From Felis catus (Eukaryota): 64,000 bases of DNA. The stretch spans positions 230,642,001 to 230,706,000 of the forward strand of contig NC_058368.1 of assembly GCF_018350175.1 (NCBI RefSeq). The letters are read 5' to 3'. A model generated the notes under the pieces. That model was not told the DNA's origin, did no database searches, and saw only the letters and a program-made list of their open reading frames with translations. Shown here one piece after another: positions 26,281 to 39,520 of this stretch; position 1 is the stretch's first letter, and each line of letters opens with the position of its first letter. The position numbers were made by a program, and so were the translations under genes.

Positions 26281-28457
26281 GTTTACTTACCACCTTCCAC
26301 AGTGGCATGAGTGAGTCCCCAGCCAAGCCAGGTGGGAGCCAAGGTTTCATATAGGAATGGAGAGGACGAATGGCCAGCCCCTGCTCTACAGCACTTTTGC
26401 TTGTGCCCATCATTTCAGTGTTCACCTGCAGGTCACATCTCTTGTGACCGCCACATCAAGAGCAATACCTTTTCTCATTCACAAATATCCAGGGGACACT
26501 TACAGTATAGTACCTTGAAAAATATCTGAAAAACTGCCATCTCCCTTGTTTCTAAGACATCAGAGCATGTCCTACCATTTCCCCCAAAGAGAACACTCCC
26601 TCCACCTTGGGAAAACCATGGGAAGTTTCACGCTCAAAATGCAGCATGGGACAGCTTAAAGTGAAGCAGGCCCTTGCCTGGGCTCAAAATCTCCTCTGCT
26701 GAGCCCTTAGAAATGAAGATCCTCCGAGGTTTTTGTGCCAGCCTCCCCCCACCCCCCTCTTCTGGATTCATTATCGAGCTGAGATGGAGTCTTTTGAAAT
26801 GTCTCCTCCCTTAGTGTTCTTTTGCCGCCAAGGAGCCTGCAGAAAGCCAATGTCAGCTCTTCATTCAGGCATGCAGAACGGTTATAGCTATTTCTTGAGG
26901 TCATGATTCCCTAGGAACGTTACGTGTTCAGAAGCATGCATTAGAGGAGGGCTGTGTGATCCCGGCAGCTGCATTGCCTGACTTGAAAATTCACCCAGGG
27001 GATTTTGCCCTCCCATCTGAGCTTCCCAAATGCCTTTACATCAAACGGTCCAGCCCGTTTTTGTCAGTGTCTCTCTTACGCCCTTTTAAAGCCATTCTAA
27101 CTTCAATATGTTGATTCAGTTGGAAATCGGGGCCCATACAGAAGAAGAAAGGCATTTCCTCATGAGTGTGCTCTTGGGTCAGACATACAAGGGCAGAGCA
27201 TCCATGAAGACATCTGCTTCATGTGTCTGCAGAAGCTACAAGTTCAATCTCAGCTACACAGCCTCCTATAAACAGGTGAAGTGGACCAAAGAGCAGGAGG
27301 AAAGAACTTCCAGTAGGAACATCTTTAGCCCAGAAGCCACAACCATGACAGGAAGGGGGAGCAAGTCAAGTACGAGTGCATGATCCCCCCCCCAATTAAA
27401 AAATGCATTTTGTTCTGAGTCCCAGAAAAACAAAATTTCACCTTGATGTGACATTTTCCATCGGCAAACCATAGCTCTGAGGGCCTCTTTTCTCAGGGTT
27501 GCTCATTCATTCGTTCACTCCGCAAATAATGCTCGCTCCAGGAGCATCCACTGAGTTCAAGCACTGTCCCAGACGTGGGGATACTGATTTCTGGCCTCAT
27601 GGAGCAGTGAAGGGAGGTGATACACAAGGAAGACACCAGAGCAAGCTCACCCACAAGCTAGGACCACATGGTGTTGAGTGTGATGGAGAAAATTAACAGG
27701 TTCAGAAGCCACAGGGTGCCGGGGGGGGGGGGGGGGGCAGAGTTGTTTCACAGGGTTGAGATGGGAGACTAAACTAAACTCCCACCACCACCACCACCAA
27801 GGGGAGGCAGTCCAAAGGGCGGGGTGGGGGGGAATGGGTGGGGAGTGAGTTCCAGGGAGAGGGATCAGCCAGCACAACATGCTGGAAGCTGAGCAAACAA
27901 ACTCTGCGTGCTCGACCAAGGAAAGAGGGCCAGCATAGCTTGGGCTACCTTGACGAGAGAAGAATGGAGGGAGACACTGTGGAAAATCGGACAGGGCCCC
28001 GATCGTGCAGCTTTTGCCACAATCACCTTGGCAAAGCCTTGCAGTGACGTGATCCAGTGTGCCAAGCAAGGTGGCACTGCTTTGGGGAACAGGAAGGATG
28101 GAGGAGCAGCGTTGGGGAGGGCGGAAGCTGGTTGTCAAGGAAGATTCGACAGCAAGGGTCTAGGCAACAGTACAGAGAGAGGAGCGTCATACACCCAGCC
28201 AGAGAATATGCCAGGGTGGTCTTCAAAATCTAGAACGGGCTCTCAGCTCTCACTTCCTAAGCTGAATTTCCTGAGAGGACTTTTACTGCACAGCTATTTT
28301 GTGCTTTTAGGAAGAGTCATGGGTGGGGTGATAGGTATGACTGGCCTTGTGTCTCGAGTTAACTGTGCCTGTGAGAACAGCTATGGTGTGTCATGTCCTA
28401 TTTTATTATTCCACGGACACAGGAAACTAAAGAAACGCTTTTCTTTATTTCTAGAGT

Positions 28458-28488
28458 ATTTTAGTATAGGTGCTGCCGAAGCGAGCAC
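28458..28488 (-). pseudogene. 3'-truncated (tailless) U6 snRNA retropseudogene, U6 nt 1-31
   Basis: Minus strand reads GTGCTCGCTTCGGCAGCACCTATACTAAAAT versus U6 GTGCTCGCTTCGGCAGCACATATACTAAAAT (1 mismatch). Flanked by perfect 20-bp direct repeats tctttatttctagagtattt at 28442-28461 and 28490-28509. Confidence 0.93.
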
Positions 28489-29319
28489 ATCTTTATTTCT
28501 AGAGTATTTCATACCCCAGTGACGCTTGATAATTTTTTCCAGAGCTCTCTTAAATCATGACCTTTTAAGGGCTATGAGGGGAGTGGTGCCCTGGGGCCTT
28601 CCTCTGGGCCTGAGGCATGAGCCCCGAGGGTTCTAGGAGGGTTCTAAGTGAGCGGGTGGGCAAACCCTGCCCGTGTCTTTGGAAGCTGCTGGCCACCAGA
28701 GGAGACCTTCCTTCCTTTCGGCTAGACCACAGGCCGCTCACAAGACAGGGGGAGGGGCTCCTGGCCCTGTGTCTATTGGGTCCCAAAGCTGCAGCCTTCC
28801 AGAAGCACAGGGCAGAGGCAGATGATGCTTCCTGCCCATCCTCGGGGCCTTTGAGAAACGAACTGTCTACATGGTGATGAAGCACTCCGTGAGCCCAAAT
28901 TAGAAACTGCATTCCTGGCGTTCTCCAGCTCAAACCTAAGCTGTTCATGCAGATTCCTGCATGCTTCGATGTAGGAGACAAACCTTTATCATCCGCCAGT
29001 TCTCACCAGAGAAGGCAGTCACCCTGGCAAGATAGCCGTTGTTTGCTGCCCCTGCCCTGACCCTGTGGACAGTCTGAATGTTATTGCAAGAAACCCACCT
29101 GCTGTGGGGATGGTATAGAATCGCTGTTCATCTTTCTTAATATCTGCATGTAAAATGAAGTGTCCAGGGCCGATGAATTCTTCCCCTTGGCAATGGACCT
29201 TGGGATGGTCCCAGAGAAACCAAGCTTTGTCAGGGCAAGAACTCACCTTGATAACCGTCATTCCTCACTTGAAATCTTGCTCTCTTTGCTAATACTTTTT
29301 GTTTCCTTCTCGCTTTCAG

Positions 29320-29393
29320 CTCAAAACACTGGAATTTCAACTTTGTATAGGAATTCATATGGTGCGCCCACCGAAGACATCAAACATAACCAG
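29320..29393 (+). CDS. CTNND2: Delta-catenin penultimate coding exon (74 nt, phase 1 to 0)
   Basis: Branch-like gctaat, long pyrimidine tract, tttcag|CT acceptor, CAG|gtaaag donor. Encodes (A)[24 protein letters not shown]. Confidence 0.96.
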
Positions 29394-32300
29394 GTAAAGG
29401 AGATGCCCGCATTTGTATTCATTGTCCCCTTCGACTTATGTGAAAGAGCCTGGAATTGTAAAATAATAAATTAGCTTCTGCGTAACATACATAAAGGACC
29501 GAAAAAAGAAAATCGCCTTTCCTCCACTCACATTTCACATACCATACGTGGGGTGACCACGGTCACCAGAACAGCCTCAAATTTGAAAACAAACTTTGAT
29601 TTCACTACAGCCACCTACTCGGGGTAGAAAGCAAGCTCTCGGCTATGACCCACAACCGAAAGGCTCAAATACGCAAGTGGACACAGTGTGTAATTACTAG
29701 ACAGGGATTAGGTGGCTCCTGTAACCCAGCCAGTTCTCACATACAGCTCATTATACATGATGGTTTCCAATAAAATAAAGACAACAAGTGCAGTAATGGA
29801 CAATGAAATAACTGCGTCGAGGAATGCCTCGCCGTTCAGTCTAGTTGGGGAACCAGCAGCCTCAGCACGGCCCGGGAGCTTGTCAGAAAGGCAGAAGAGA
29901 TTCTTGTCTAACCCCTGCCCCTAATCCATCCAGTGCAACAAATGCATCAGAGCTGCCTTTTTTCGAGGCGTTTAGGTGATGCGTGTGCGTGTCCAAGTTT
30001 GAGGAATGCTAGCCATAGCTCCGTCCAGAAGTGCTCTTAAGTTTGTGAGTGTTTGTCTTATTTGGCAAATATTCACTGAAGGCTCGTGTTCCCTGTGCTT
30101 CTGTGGGAGCTATCAAAGCAAAAGGCACAGCCTTTGCTCCTCCATTGACTGACAGCTTCATACATTTGGCCCCTGGAGTGGTCATGACAGAAAGACGGCT
30201 GTTCCTCATTGCTGTTGGCCACCGATAACCACTGCCAGAGCTGGCTTCTGCTGACGCTCGGGATTCCTGCCACAGGTCAGGGAAGTTGGGCTGAAAGATA
30301 AATCTGAAAGCTGTTTGTTTGATCGCAATAACCAGATGACATGGAAGTTAGATGTGCTGTGTTTAAGCATTTCTCAACACCCTGTGGGGCAGCATCTTTG
30401 AAAAGGAAAGGGACTGCCTTCTAGCAGATAGAATATCTTGTGCAGGGCCGTTTCCAAAAGAAGGAGGAGGACACGAAAAGTATCTCCTTGACCTTAAATT
30501 ACCTTTTCCTCTAATCACCCATCAGCAGGAGAAATGGTCGTGGGTAGAGGAGTTATCCCTTTGCCCTCAATGTTCCAGTCCATGCGGAGCCATTCTGGAA
30601 GACAGCTGGTGTGGTTCACAAACTCCCGGTGAATGCCCAGGCCCCACGGCCCGCCTGACACGTTGGTAACATCTACTTGGCCTCCCTCAGCTCCGGTCTT
30701 TGCTAAAAGCAAAGAGGTCAATGAATAAATAAATAGGTGCATGAGCACTAGACAAGAGAGCACCGGGGGTGGCCACCAGCCGTCCGCGTGTCAACGTGCC
30801 TGCAGGAACACAAAGGAAAATGGAAGCAAAATGTATTGGAAATGCCAACTTCAGTCACGGAAAACAACTTTTATATTTTCGCAAATATCAGGTACAGTGA
30901 GAGAATTGGCTGTAGCTCTTAACGATACTTGTCAGGATGTGACAGGACCCTGACTTTGCATCCAAGAGTATAGGAATTGTCTTCAGTTTCCTCAGGTTAG
31001 GAGAAGCTCATCACAAGAATGGAACGTATTCTACACCAGTATTTCTTTCCATGGGATTCCACTAGCGCTGGCAGCGAAGAAATGTCCTGGTGTGGCCCAG
31101 AGGTCCTTGGCATCTTACAATGTGGCTGCAGTAGTTTCCTAGCACTGCTTGCAACCTAGATATACAGGAAAGTCCACAGTGGCTCTATGGGCAATTCTTT
31201 TCTCCAGAGCCTATTCTGAACAATGAAGCTAATTGGAATTAATGTGCTAGGGTGGCATCACTGCCTGGAGGGAGGGCGTGACATAATGTAACCTTTTTCC
31301 CAGCATGCCCCAGAACATACTCAGCCTCAGCGCGAATTGTCAAGGCCATGGTGCCCCCGGCGAATGCTGGGAAACCCAGCCGGGATGGAGTGCGAGCTCT
31401 GCACCATTTGGCAACACAGGGGAGACGCTGTAGACAGGCCACTGGTTGAGCTGAGTCCCACAGTATCACCTGGTGTCATCAGCTCAGTGCCATCATTAGT
31501 CCCTGAGAAGGTCCAGCAAAGGGAAGTAGATGATGAGACTCTTAACCCCATTCTAAGATCAAGCAGCCATTAAAAATGTCCACCAAAAAGAATTGTTTTT
31601 CCCCCCAAAATTTCCAAGGTAAATCATTATGACACTCCAGGAAACTCCAGTGTTACTGGAATAAACTTGGGCTCTGTTTTGAGGTATGACCATCCTACCC
31701 ATTCAAAAGAAGAGGGGACTTGGTTCTCTTCCAGTTGGGTAGTTCTAGAGACAACCTTGTACCGAGCCTCCATAATTTGGATTTTCTGGCCACGTGGACA
31801 TGGCTAGTCATTCCAGATGGGTGGAATGCTTTCATTTTTGGAATTTTCCTGGGTTAAGAGTGACCTCACAACTTCACAGCTAATAAAAGACCAGCTTGAA
31901 CAATTTAACCAGGAGGAATATGCCAGAGTCCGTTCCATTTCAGTGCTGACGCTTGCCCTCTGCTGAGCGCTCTAGTCTCCTGGGTGTCTCAGTCGCCCGC
32001 CGGGCCTCATGAACTTCACAGAGGCTGGACAGTGACTCATCTCCAAGAAGAAGCAATTCACTGAGGGAAACTGGTTTGAGGTAGGTCTCCAATAGGAGTC
32101 AATGACAATGAGAGCTGGGAATGTGGCCCCAGCTCCAAATGCATGGGCAGGCGAGGCAGGGTCCAGGGCAATGGCCATAAGCCAGGCTTTCCATGACTCA
32201 GTGGAAAGGGAGCCAGGCAGCTGCTCAGCTGTGGCTCTCTCCATGAGACCACCTGGAATTCCAGTCTTATTTTCACTGAGTTCCAAGCCTTACGACTCCT

Positions 32301-32751
32301 AGAAGAAATAGCCATTAGTCTGAAATAACATCTGTGGTCCTTGGTTTTTATATCTCCAATCAACTGGTTGCAGACATCATTTTAAGAATTAACTACTTAA
32401 ACTCCCCCAAATTGTTATTGAGCTTCTACTAGTCTATCACATACTGATAAAGAAAAATATCACATTCAACTGCATATATCTAGCTAGCAACAGAATTTTT
32501 TGTTCCTAAACTAGAGACAAAGGGGTTTGGTGTTTTGATGACCACCATTAAAATGATTACCGTTGACATCAAAACAGCATCTTGAGGTCCTGGTTGGTGT
32601 CCTCGGTTTCACTGCCAGGTGAGAAGAGCAGGTGAAATTGTCCTCAGAGATTCAAGGAGAATAAGGGTTTGCTTTTGGTCACCCAGCTCAGAAAAGGAAA
32701 AGACTCCAACCTGGTTCATCTGCCTTCTTGTCCCATCTGGTCTCCTCTCTA

Positions 32752-32916
32752 CCAGTGGTTCTCAAATTTGAGCATGAGCCAGAATCCCCTGAACAACTTA
32801 CTGAACACACATCAGTGGCCCCCACAACCCCAGAGTTTCTGACTTGGTGGGTAATCTGCATCTCTAACAAGCTTCCAAGTGATGTTGATGCAGTTGAACC
32901 AGACTTTGAGAACCAT
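32752..32916. mobile_element. MER5A DNA transposon
   Basis: cagtggttctcaaa ... tttgagaaccat terminal repeats with a typical internal sequence. Confidence 0.85.
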
Positions 32917-35714
32917 GAATCCTTACCACATGACCTCTTTCATTGTATATTATCACCCTGAGTCTTCAGCTTTCGCCATGTGGTCAAGTTTGAAGATCTG
33001 TAATGGGCAGCTATTTCCCTTGTGTTAGAAAGAAATACAGGTTGTAGGCAAACTCGGTGAGGAATCAACCAAGTTTTCCTCACTGTGCTAACAGAACTGG
33101 GGGGTAGAGAACTGGCACTATCCTTCATAATTTAAACCCAACATTCTCCTATTGAGGAAAAGGTTCAACAAAGGTGTCTTTATGGGAGCAGGAGCCACAG
33201 GACAGAGCCCAGTCTCCCCATGTGAGCCAGCTGGTTGCATCTCCCCTTCCCAGAAAGGACGCTGCCTTAAGGCAAAAGCAGACAGCCTCAGGCTCCTTGG
33301 TCGTGCCACGGTCTCACTGAGCCGCAACAGACACTCAAGTTCAGAATATGCCACTATTGTATATGAACATCATTCTGCTTCCTTCATAGAAGTCTGCTTT
33401 ATGCAAACAGTACAATGTAAAAAAAATGCATTTATTTTTAGTTCCTCTATGGGGAAGGTTTATATTTGGGAGCTCAAAATACGTCCAATTTTGAGCTCTG
33501 TCAGATTATCCCTTAGAGTAAGTTATAAAATAGAGCCAACATTCCTCCACTGTGAATGTGCATCCACAGTCAACATCTGCACGACCAGGCCAATGAGCAA
33601 ATTTAATCCCTCCAAATACAGCAGGGCCACCTGTCACCCATCCTGGATAGTTCATTTACACACACTCTCAGAACCACAGAACTAACTCTTAAGAGGGGTT
33701 GACAAGAGACTTTATGACCAATACAGATGAATTAAAGAGGGCAAGTCCTCAAGGTAAGAGACTAAGATAAACGTGCCCGACCTAAAAACGTCCACCAACC
33801 AGAGAGAACATGGCAACAGTAAGAAGTTTGAAACAGGTTGTGCAAAAGCCTGAAAGAAGCAGCCACTGTGGAGAGCCATAAGCCTGTGAGTGATTTCCCC
33901 TGCAGATCTCCCCATCTCTGGCCGATAAGACTGACACAAAGAAGTGAGACCTCTTCCAAGGTTACTTTTGTCCACTAGCCTCCCTTCTTATTATAGAGCC
34001 TTGGGTCAACACAGTGAGGCTGGCCCTCAAGCTTGACCAGTTTGGCTCAACCGAAACTGTGTTTGTGTGGTGGAGAGAATGTGGACTTCTGACTCAGCCA
34101 GACATGGATTCACATTCCAACCTCACACCACCACTAGCCATGACATCTTGGAGGAGTTTCTTAATTTCTCTGAGCTTCAGTATCTTCATCTATATAGTGG
34201 GAATTGGATGGATGGATGGATTGATCCCAAGAGGGAAGGAGAGATACATGATGAGATAGATAGAGACATATACATACATATATATACACGTTTCTGTTAT
34301 TAAAGGTTAAACAAAGAGGAATTTGTTAAATGTTGGGTATAGCGCCCACTGACATAAAAGCACAGTAAACTCTAGCCCCCTCCCCGTGTGATTTTTCTAG
34401 ATCTTCCAGCTCCTACCCTTCGTATGCTCGATACTTAGTAGCAGCACAGTGCTGGAGCACAGAAGTTCAGCATAGCACACAGCTCTTCAAAGGATAGCAA
34501 AGAGCGCCTCAGCCTAGCCACGTAATTTGGTAGACCTGGCCTTGTTTAATTACAGATGATTAATTCCAAACATCCCTCTCATGGCCAGGCTCTTAGGCTA
34601 ACATGTTTCACAGGTAGCCCAAAACCTCACTCATCAGCGCCACTAACGAGAAGTGTGGGACATAGTGGATGGCAGCTATGATGAAGAACAGGTCAATTAC
34701 TAGTGTAAATCAATTACATGTAAAAGAGGGAGGTTCACTTACCTGAGAGAAGAATTATGTGCAGGTCATTAGAAGCATTCGTTTACACACAACGTGCTAA
34801 TTACAAGTCATTATGAACTAGGACCAATTTCTATAGGATGTTTCCATGCTGAGCTTTAGTTAAATTAATAGGGAATTACTGAATCTGCTTGGAGGTGATC
34901 ATACTGTGTTTCTTTAGAAGTGTTCTATCATTCACACCAGACCTTCTTCCCAGTGACTGCACATGAGCAGAGCTTCACAAGTGACTGTGTGCCCTAGCTG
35001 CGGGGAGGTTCCGCTCATTTCGGGTGCATAGTGCTAGAAAAGGGACCCCAGAGGCAGCCAGAAGGGAAGAGGAGAGCCAGACCTCCACATACAGGTGTTA
35101 ATTACCAGCCCATGAACAGTCTTGGTCTTACTGTCCTTAAAACTAAACAGGTGGAACTAGTTCTTGACTTTACATATCTCAGAGGCTCATGTGACCCCTC
35201 TAAATTTTCAAAGCCTCCTACATCAGACAGTAACTTGCAAAGGACAAGAGGGCAAAGAGCACGGAGGTGGGCTGAAGGGATAGAGACAGTACTGAAACCC
35301 CTCCTCCTCAACTAAAAGCTTCATAACCCCACATCATTCTCGAGTTCAACAAATTCTTACGGAAACCAAGTTGGGGAATATTTTCATCCTCCTGAGTATG
35401 TTATATTTGGAGTGGATTTCCTGTTTTCAGTACATGCTTGTCTGTGCAACCTTCTGATCACTTAAGCAGGTATGATGGAATGACCCTACCAGTGGGAAGC
35501 CTCCGTCCTCCAGAGAGGTATTGATCACAGCCCACTGCGTGGGTGGAAACATCCCCAAGTGACCATTAGACCTCATACATCTTCACCGTCTCTTTCTCTG
35601 GGATTGCAACAACCTAGGTGTAATGGAAAAAAAATGCAGAAGAGAGGAAGATCAACTAGTTGTGTTCTATAGCGTCTAGTCTGTGCGTCTTTAATTTAAA
35701 AGGTTATCTACTAA

Positions 35715-36520
35715 AATGTTCAGCTGTTGTGGCAGTTTGGCAATTCCTTGAAGAGTTACACCTCAAATTATCAAAAGATCCAGCAATGCCACTTCTAGGT
35801 CCATACCCCGAACATTGAAAGCAGGGACTCAAACAGGTACTGGTGTGCCCACATTCATTATAGCATTACTCACAATAGCCAAAAGGAGCAAACAACCCAA
35901 GTGGCCATCAACAGATGAATGGATAAACAAAAAAAATACGCATACAATAGCATATTATTCAGCCTTAAAAAGGAAATCCTGTCCCATGCTACAATACGGA
36001 TGGCCTTTGAGGACATTACGCTAGGTGAAAGAAACCAGACAGAAAAGGACAAATATAATATGATTCGACTTACATGAGGTGTCTAGAATAGTGAAATTCA
36101 GAGAGACAGAAAGTAGAATGGGCTGCCGTGGGCTGGGGCAAGGAGGAAAATGGTGAGTTATGCTCAATGGGTCCAGAATTTCTGTTTGAGGTGATGAAAA
36201 AGTTCCGGAAATGGGGTACCTGGTTGGCTCAGTCGGTTATGTGTCCGACTCTTGATTTTGGCTCACAGTTCGTGAGTTCAAGCCCTGATGACAGTGTGGT
36301 GCCTGCTTAGGATCCTGTCTCTCCCCCTCTCTCTGCCCCCCTCCATCCTTTCTCTTTCTGAAAATAAATAAATAAACTTTTAAAAAACGCTCTGGAAATG
36401 GATAGTGGTGATGGCCGCACAATGCCATGAATATACTTAATGCCACTGAAGTATACGTTTACAAGTGGTTAAGATGGCAAATTATATGTTAACGTATGTT
36501 TTACTACAATCATAACCTTT
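35715..36520 (+). mobile_element. Old L1 (L1MB-like) 3' fragment interrupted by a SINE
   Basis: Typical L1 ORF2-end/3'UTR motifs: gatccagcaatgccacttctagg, catcaacagatgaatggataaac, gacagaaagtagaatg, gatagtggtgatgg, acttaatgccactgaa. Confidence 0.9.
36213..36382 (+). mobile_element. Can-SINE (internally deleted) nested in L1
   Basis: ggggtacctggttggctcagtcgg head, aataaa x3 tail. Imperfect TSD aaaaagttccggaaat / aaaaacgctctggaaat. Confidence 0.92.
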
Positions 36521-36657
36521 TAAAAAGATTATGTAGAATGCTAGTGCATGGACCCAGGCACCGGCTTATAAAAGGAAGGGCGATCAGAAGTTGGCAGTGT
36601 CTGGAGAAGCACCATGGTGGTCGATCGGGAGGGTGGGGGGCACGGCCCAGCCCTTAA

Positions 36658-37002
<345 letters not shown>

Positions 37003-37890
37003 GGAGCGGGCGGCACGAGGCGCTCCGGGAACAGTGCATGTGCATGCATACCACAAGACATTGCTTTTTTTTTTCCCCCCTGCAAATTTAGTTTGTTCAA
37101 GCCTGTTCCGTAGGAAGGCTGTGATAACCAGTAAGGAAATATTAAGAGCTATTTTAGAAAGCTAAATGAATCGAAAGTTAACTTGGAAGTCAATAGGAAG
37201 CTAAAACGATCCTAAATATGACATCGTGCAACACCTTTCTAGTTTGAGCTGTAGAGTATAAAAAGTGCTTTATATTGAACGTGGCTGAAGGCAGCAGAGG
37301 AGACGGTCGGGGTGGTGGGGCGTGAAGGTTGCAGTTAAGCACAAGGGACAGTGTAGTTCACACACTTTAGAGGGACGGCTTCTCACGCTTTGTTTACTCT
37401 CTTCATCCGTTGTGATTCTAGGCTTCAAGTTGCATTGGGGTTCCTCTGTACAGCAAGATGTTTCTTGCCTTTTGTTAATGCATTGTTGTAAAGTATTTGA
37501 TGTACATTACAGATTAAAGAAGAGAAGCGCATTGTGTATATTACACCATGCCGTGTTTCCTCATCTATGGTTCTAAATATTGCTTCAATTTCAAACTTTT
37601 GAAAGATGTATGGATTTCCAGTTTTTCTTTTCTTTTCTTTCTCCCAGTATGTTTTAACAAAAAAAAATGGGAAAAAAAGGAATATTTAGCAGTATTGTTC
37701 GTTCTGATATGTGAATTTGTTTGTGGCAAGTAAGCAAGGCATTCAGCAGTTTCTGACAATTAACATACATCATTCCACACTCCTTGTCAACAAAGTGCTT
37801 TTTCACTGCCTAAAATTTTAGATGTAGATATTTGAAATAGATTTTTTCATTTATACCAGTTTTCTTTATGATGATACAGTGTTAAAAGAA

Positions 37891-37896
37891 AATAAA
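37891..37896 (+). terminator. Candidate proximal polyadenylation signal AATAAA
   Basis: Canonical hexamer about 890 nt after the stop, preceded by U-rich sequence. Confidence 0.55.
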
Positions 37897-38583
37897 TTAC
37901 AATTGATCTGTCATCCATATTTGCTAAGAATGTCTATTTCCAAGGACCCTATCTTACAAAATACACATTCTTGCCTGTGTGTCTGTGCGTGTGTGGGTGT
38001 GTGTATGTCCACGTATGTATAAAAATGACCTGTGTGAGATTTTATTTTGATAGAAGCTACTTCATTCGCTGTTCATCTTGTACAAGCTTTGTTTCTGGTT
38101 TTCGGTATAAATGTACATCACTTTGTTCTTCTCGTACTCCATCTATTCTTCTGACCATCTAGTGACTCAGGATATTAGGCCAGTTGAAGTGAAGTTATAG
38201 GATTTTCACACATTCACACATTCTTGGACACCGCCTCTTTCTACAGGTCCATTTCCTTCCACGTTTTATGCCCTGGGAACACAATAAACCATGGCCAACT
38301 CAATAATTTCACTTTGGGGCCAATTACTTGAAGTATCAAGAAATGTAAACTGCTCGCCTTATTACCCCCAAACTTTCTGTTCATGTGGCAGGGAGCAGTG
38401 GACCATTATGGATTAGATTATTAAAATTGAACTTGAAGCCAATGTTAGAATAGTGGTTAACAGAGCTAAGAAATAAGGCTAACCATTTACAAGAACACGG
38501 GCTGTGGGTAAATCAGCTTTGCTCTTAGATGCAAGTGACTGAGGCCAGTAGGTGCCTAGTAAATGTTAACTGTTCTTGGAAAA

Positions 38584-38596
38584 AATAAAAATTAAA
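38584..38596 (+). terminator. Candidate distal polyadenylation signal (AATAAA followed by ATTAAA)
   Basis: aaaaataaaaattaaataac, about 1.6 kb after the stop. Confidence 0.65.
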
Positions 38597-39328
38597 TAAC
38601 AAAAGAAATTGGCTGACCATCTTCCTTTAAAACTTGCTCCCCTTCACTCTACATAGTTGAATTCAGCGCAAAGTCCAAGATCAGTGGTTCCTTCTCCAAA
38701 TTTAGCAACAATCAAAAAACTTTTTTTGCTCAGGTGTATTTTTGCAAATGAAAAGCTGATTTCCAAAATAGAGCAGGAGACACAAATTTGCTTTTGAACT
38801 GTCCTGTAAATTACCTGCAAGTTGGACCCTGTTGCACTGTTTATTCTAGGACTGGATTCGGCATTGGTGGGTTCCCTCACAGGAATGCTCCAGCCCCCGT
38901 GGAGAGACAGAAAATTAGCACTGAGCACAACGTGTCCTCCTCATCCGTGAACTAGTGAAGTTCATCGAGGCAGAGGTTATGGCATAGAAATGACTTATCC
39001 ATAACCTAGTAGCTGGTTTAACTTTTCCAAAAGTGAATGATAGGACTCATTCCTGGCTTGAGTTGTGCATGGAGAAATGACTGCATGTGCTGAAAAGCCC
39101 TCCTAGTGGGAACTGTATATTTTCCTTTATACTCTTTGAGTCCGAGAATTCCCTGCATTTGCGACCTGGGAAGACTAAAGATGCCTCTGCTGCCCGTGAT
39201 TCTTTGACAGCATGTGGTGCCAGGCTGAAATGAACCAATTCAGCCAGGAGCCTCTGGCTTCAGAGGTAGAGGTAGGAAAAAGAAAATTAGAAGTGTTGTA
39301 GTTACTCAAACCAATCGTGTTCTCCTTT

Positions 39329-39520
39329 TCACACACACACACACACACACATACACACACACACACAGAAGTAAATAAGGAGACAGTAAGAAATGATTGA
39401 TAGATAAATAGAAGATGATGTAGATAGGTGGTGACGATTGGTAGATAATAGATAGATGATAGATAGATAGACGATGGACACTAAATAGATAGGTAGATGA
39501 GTAGGTAGATAATAGATAGG
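39329..39520. repeat. (CA)n followed by degenerate (GATA)n
   Basis: Read directly from the sequence. Confidence 0.9.

Larger units (their letters stand above)
37003..38610 (+). other. CTNND2: CTNND2 3' UTR (long form; end approximate)
   Basis: Follows the TGA. U-rich, no recognisable interspersed repeats, AATAAA at 37891, 38283 and 38584. Confidence 0.75.

Noticed and set aside
25666..26425. 238-aa Pro/His-rich minus-strand ORF and overlapping ORFs
   Set aside because: Translation of a low-complexity trinucleotide tract that lacks stops by composition; no gene structure or domain.
28442..28509. Repeat-spacer-repeat layout resembling a minimal CRISPR array
   Set aside because: Mammalian DNA, only two repeats, no cas genes; explained as a TSD around a U6 fragment.
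27908..28522. 204-aa plus-strand ORF, and the 169-aa (2115) and 177-aa (33152) ORFs
   Set aside because: No recognisable protein similarity or supporting exon structure; consistent with chance intronic ORFs.
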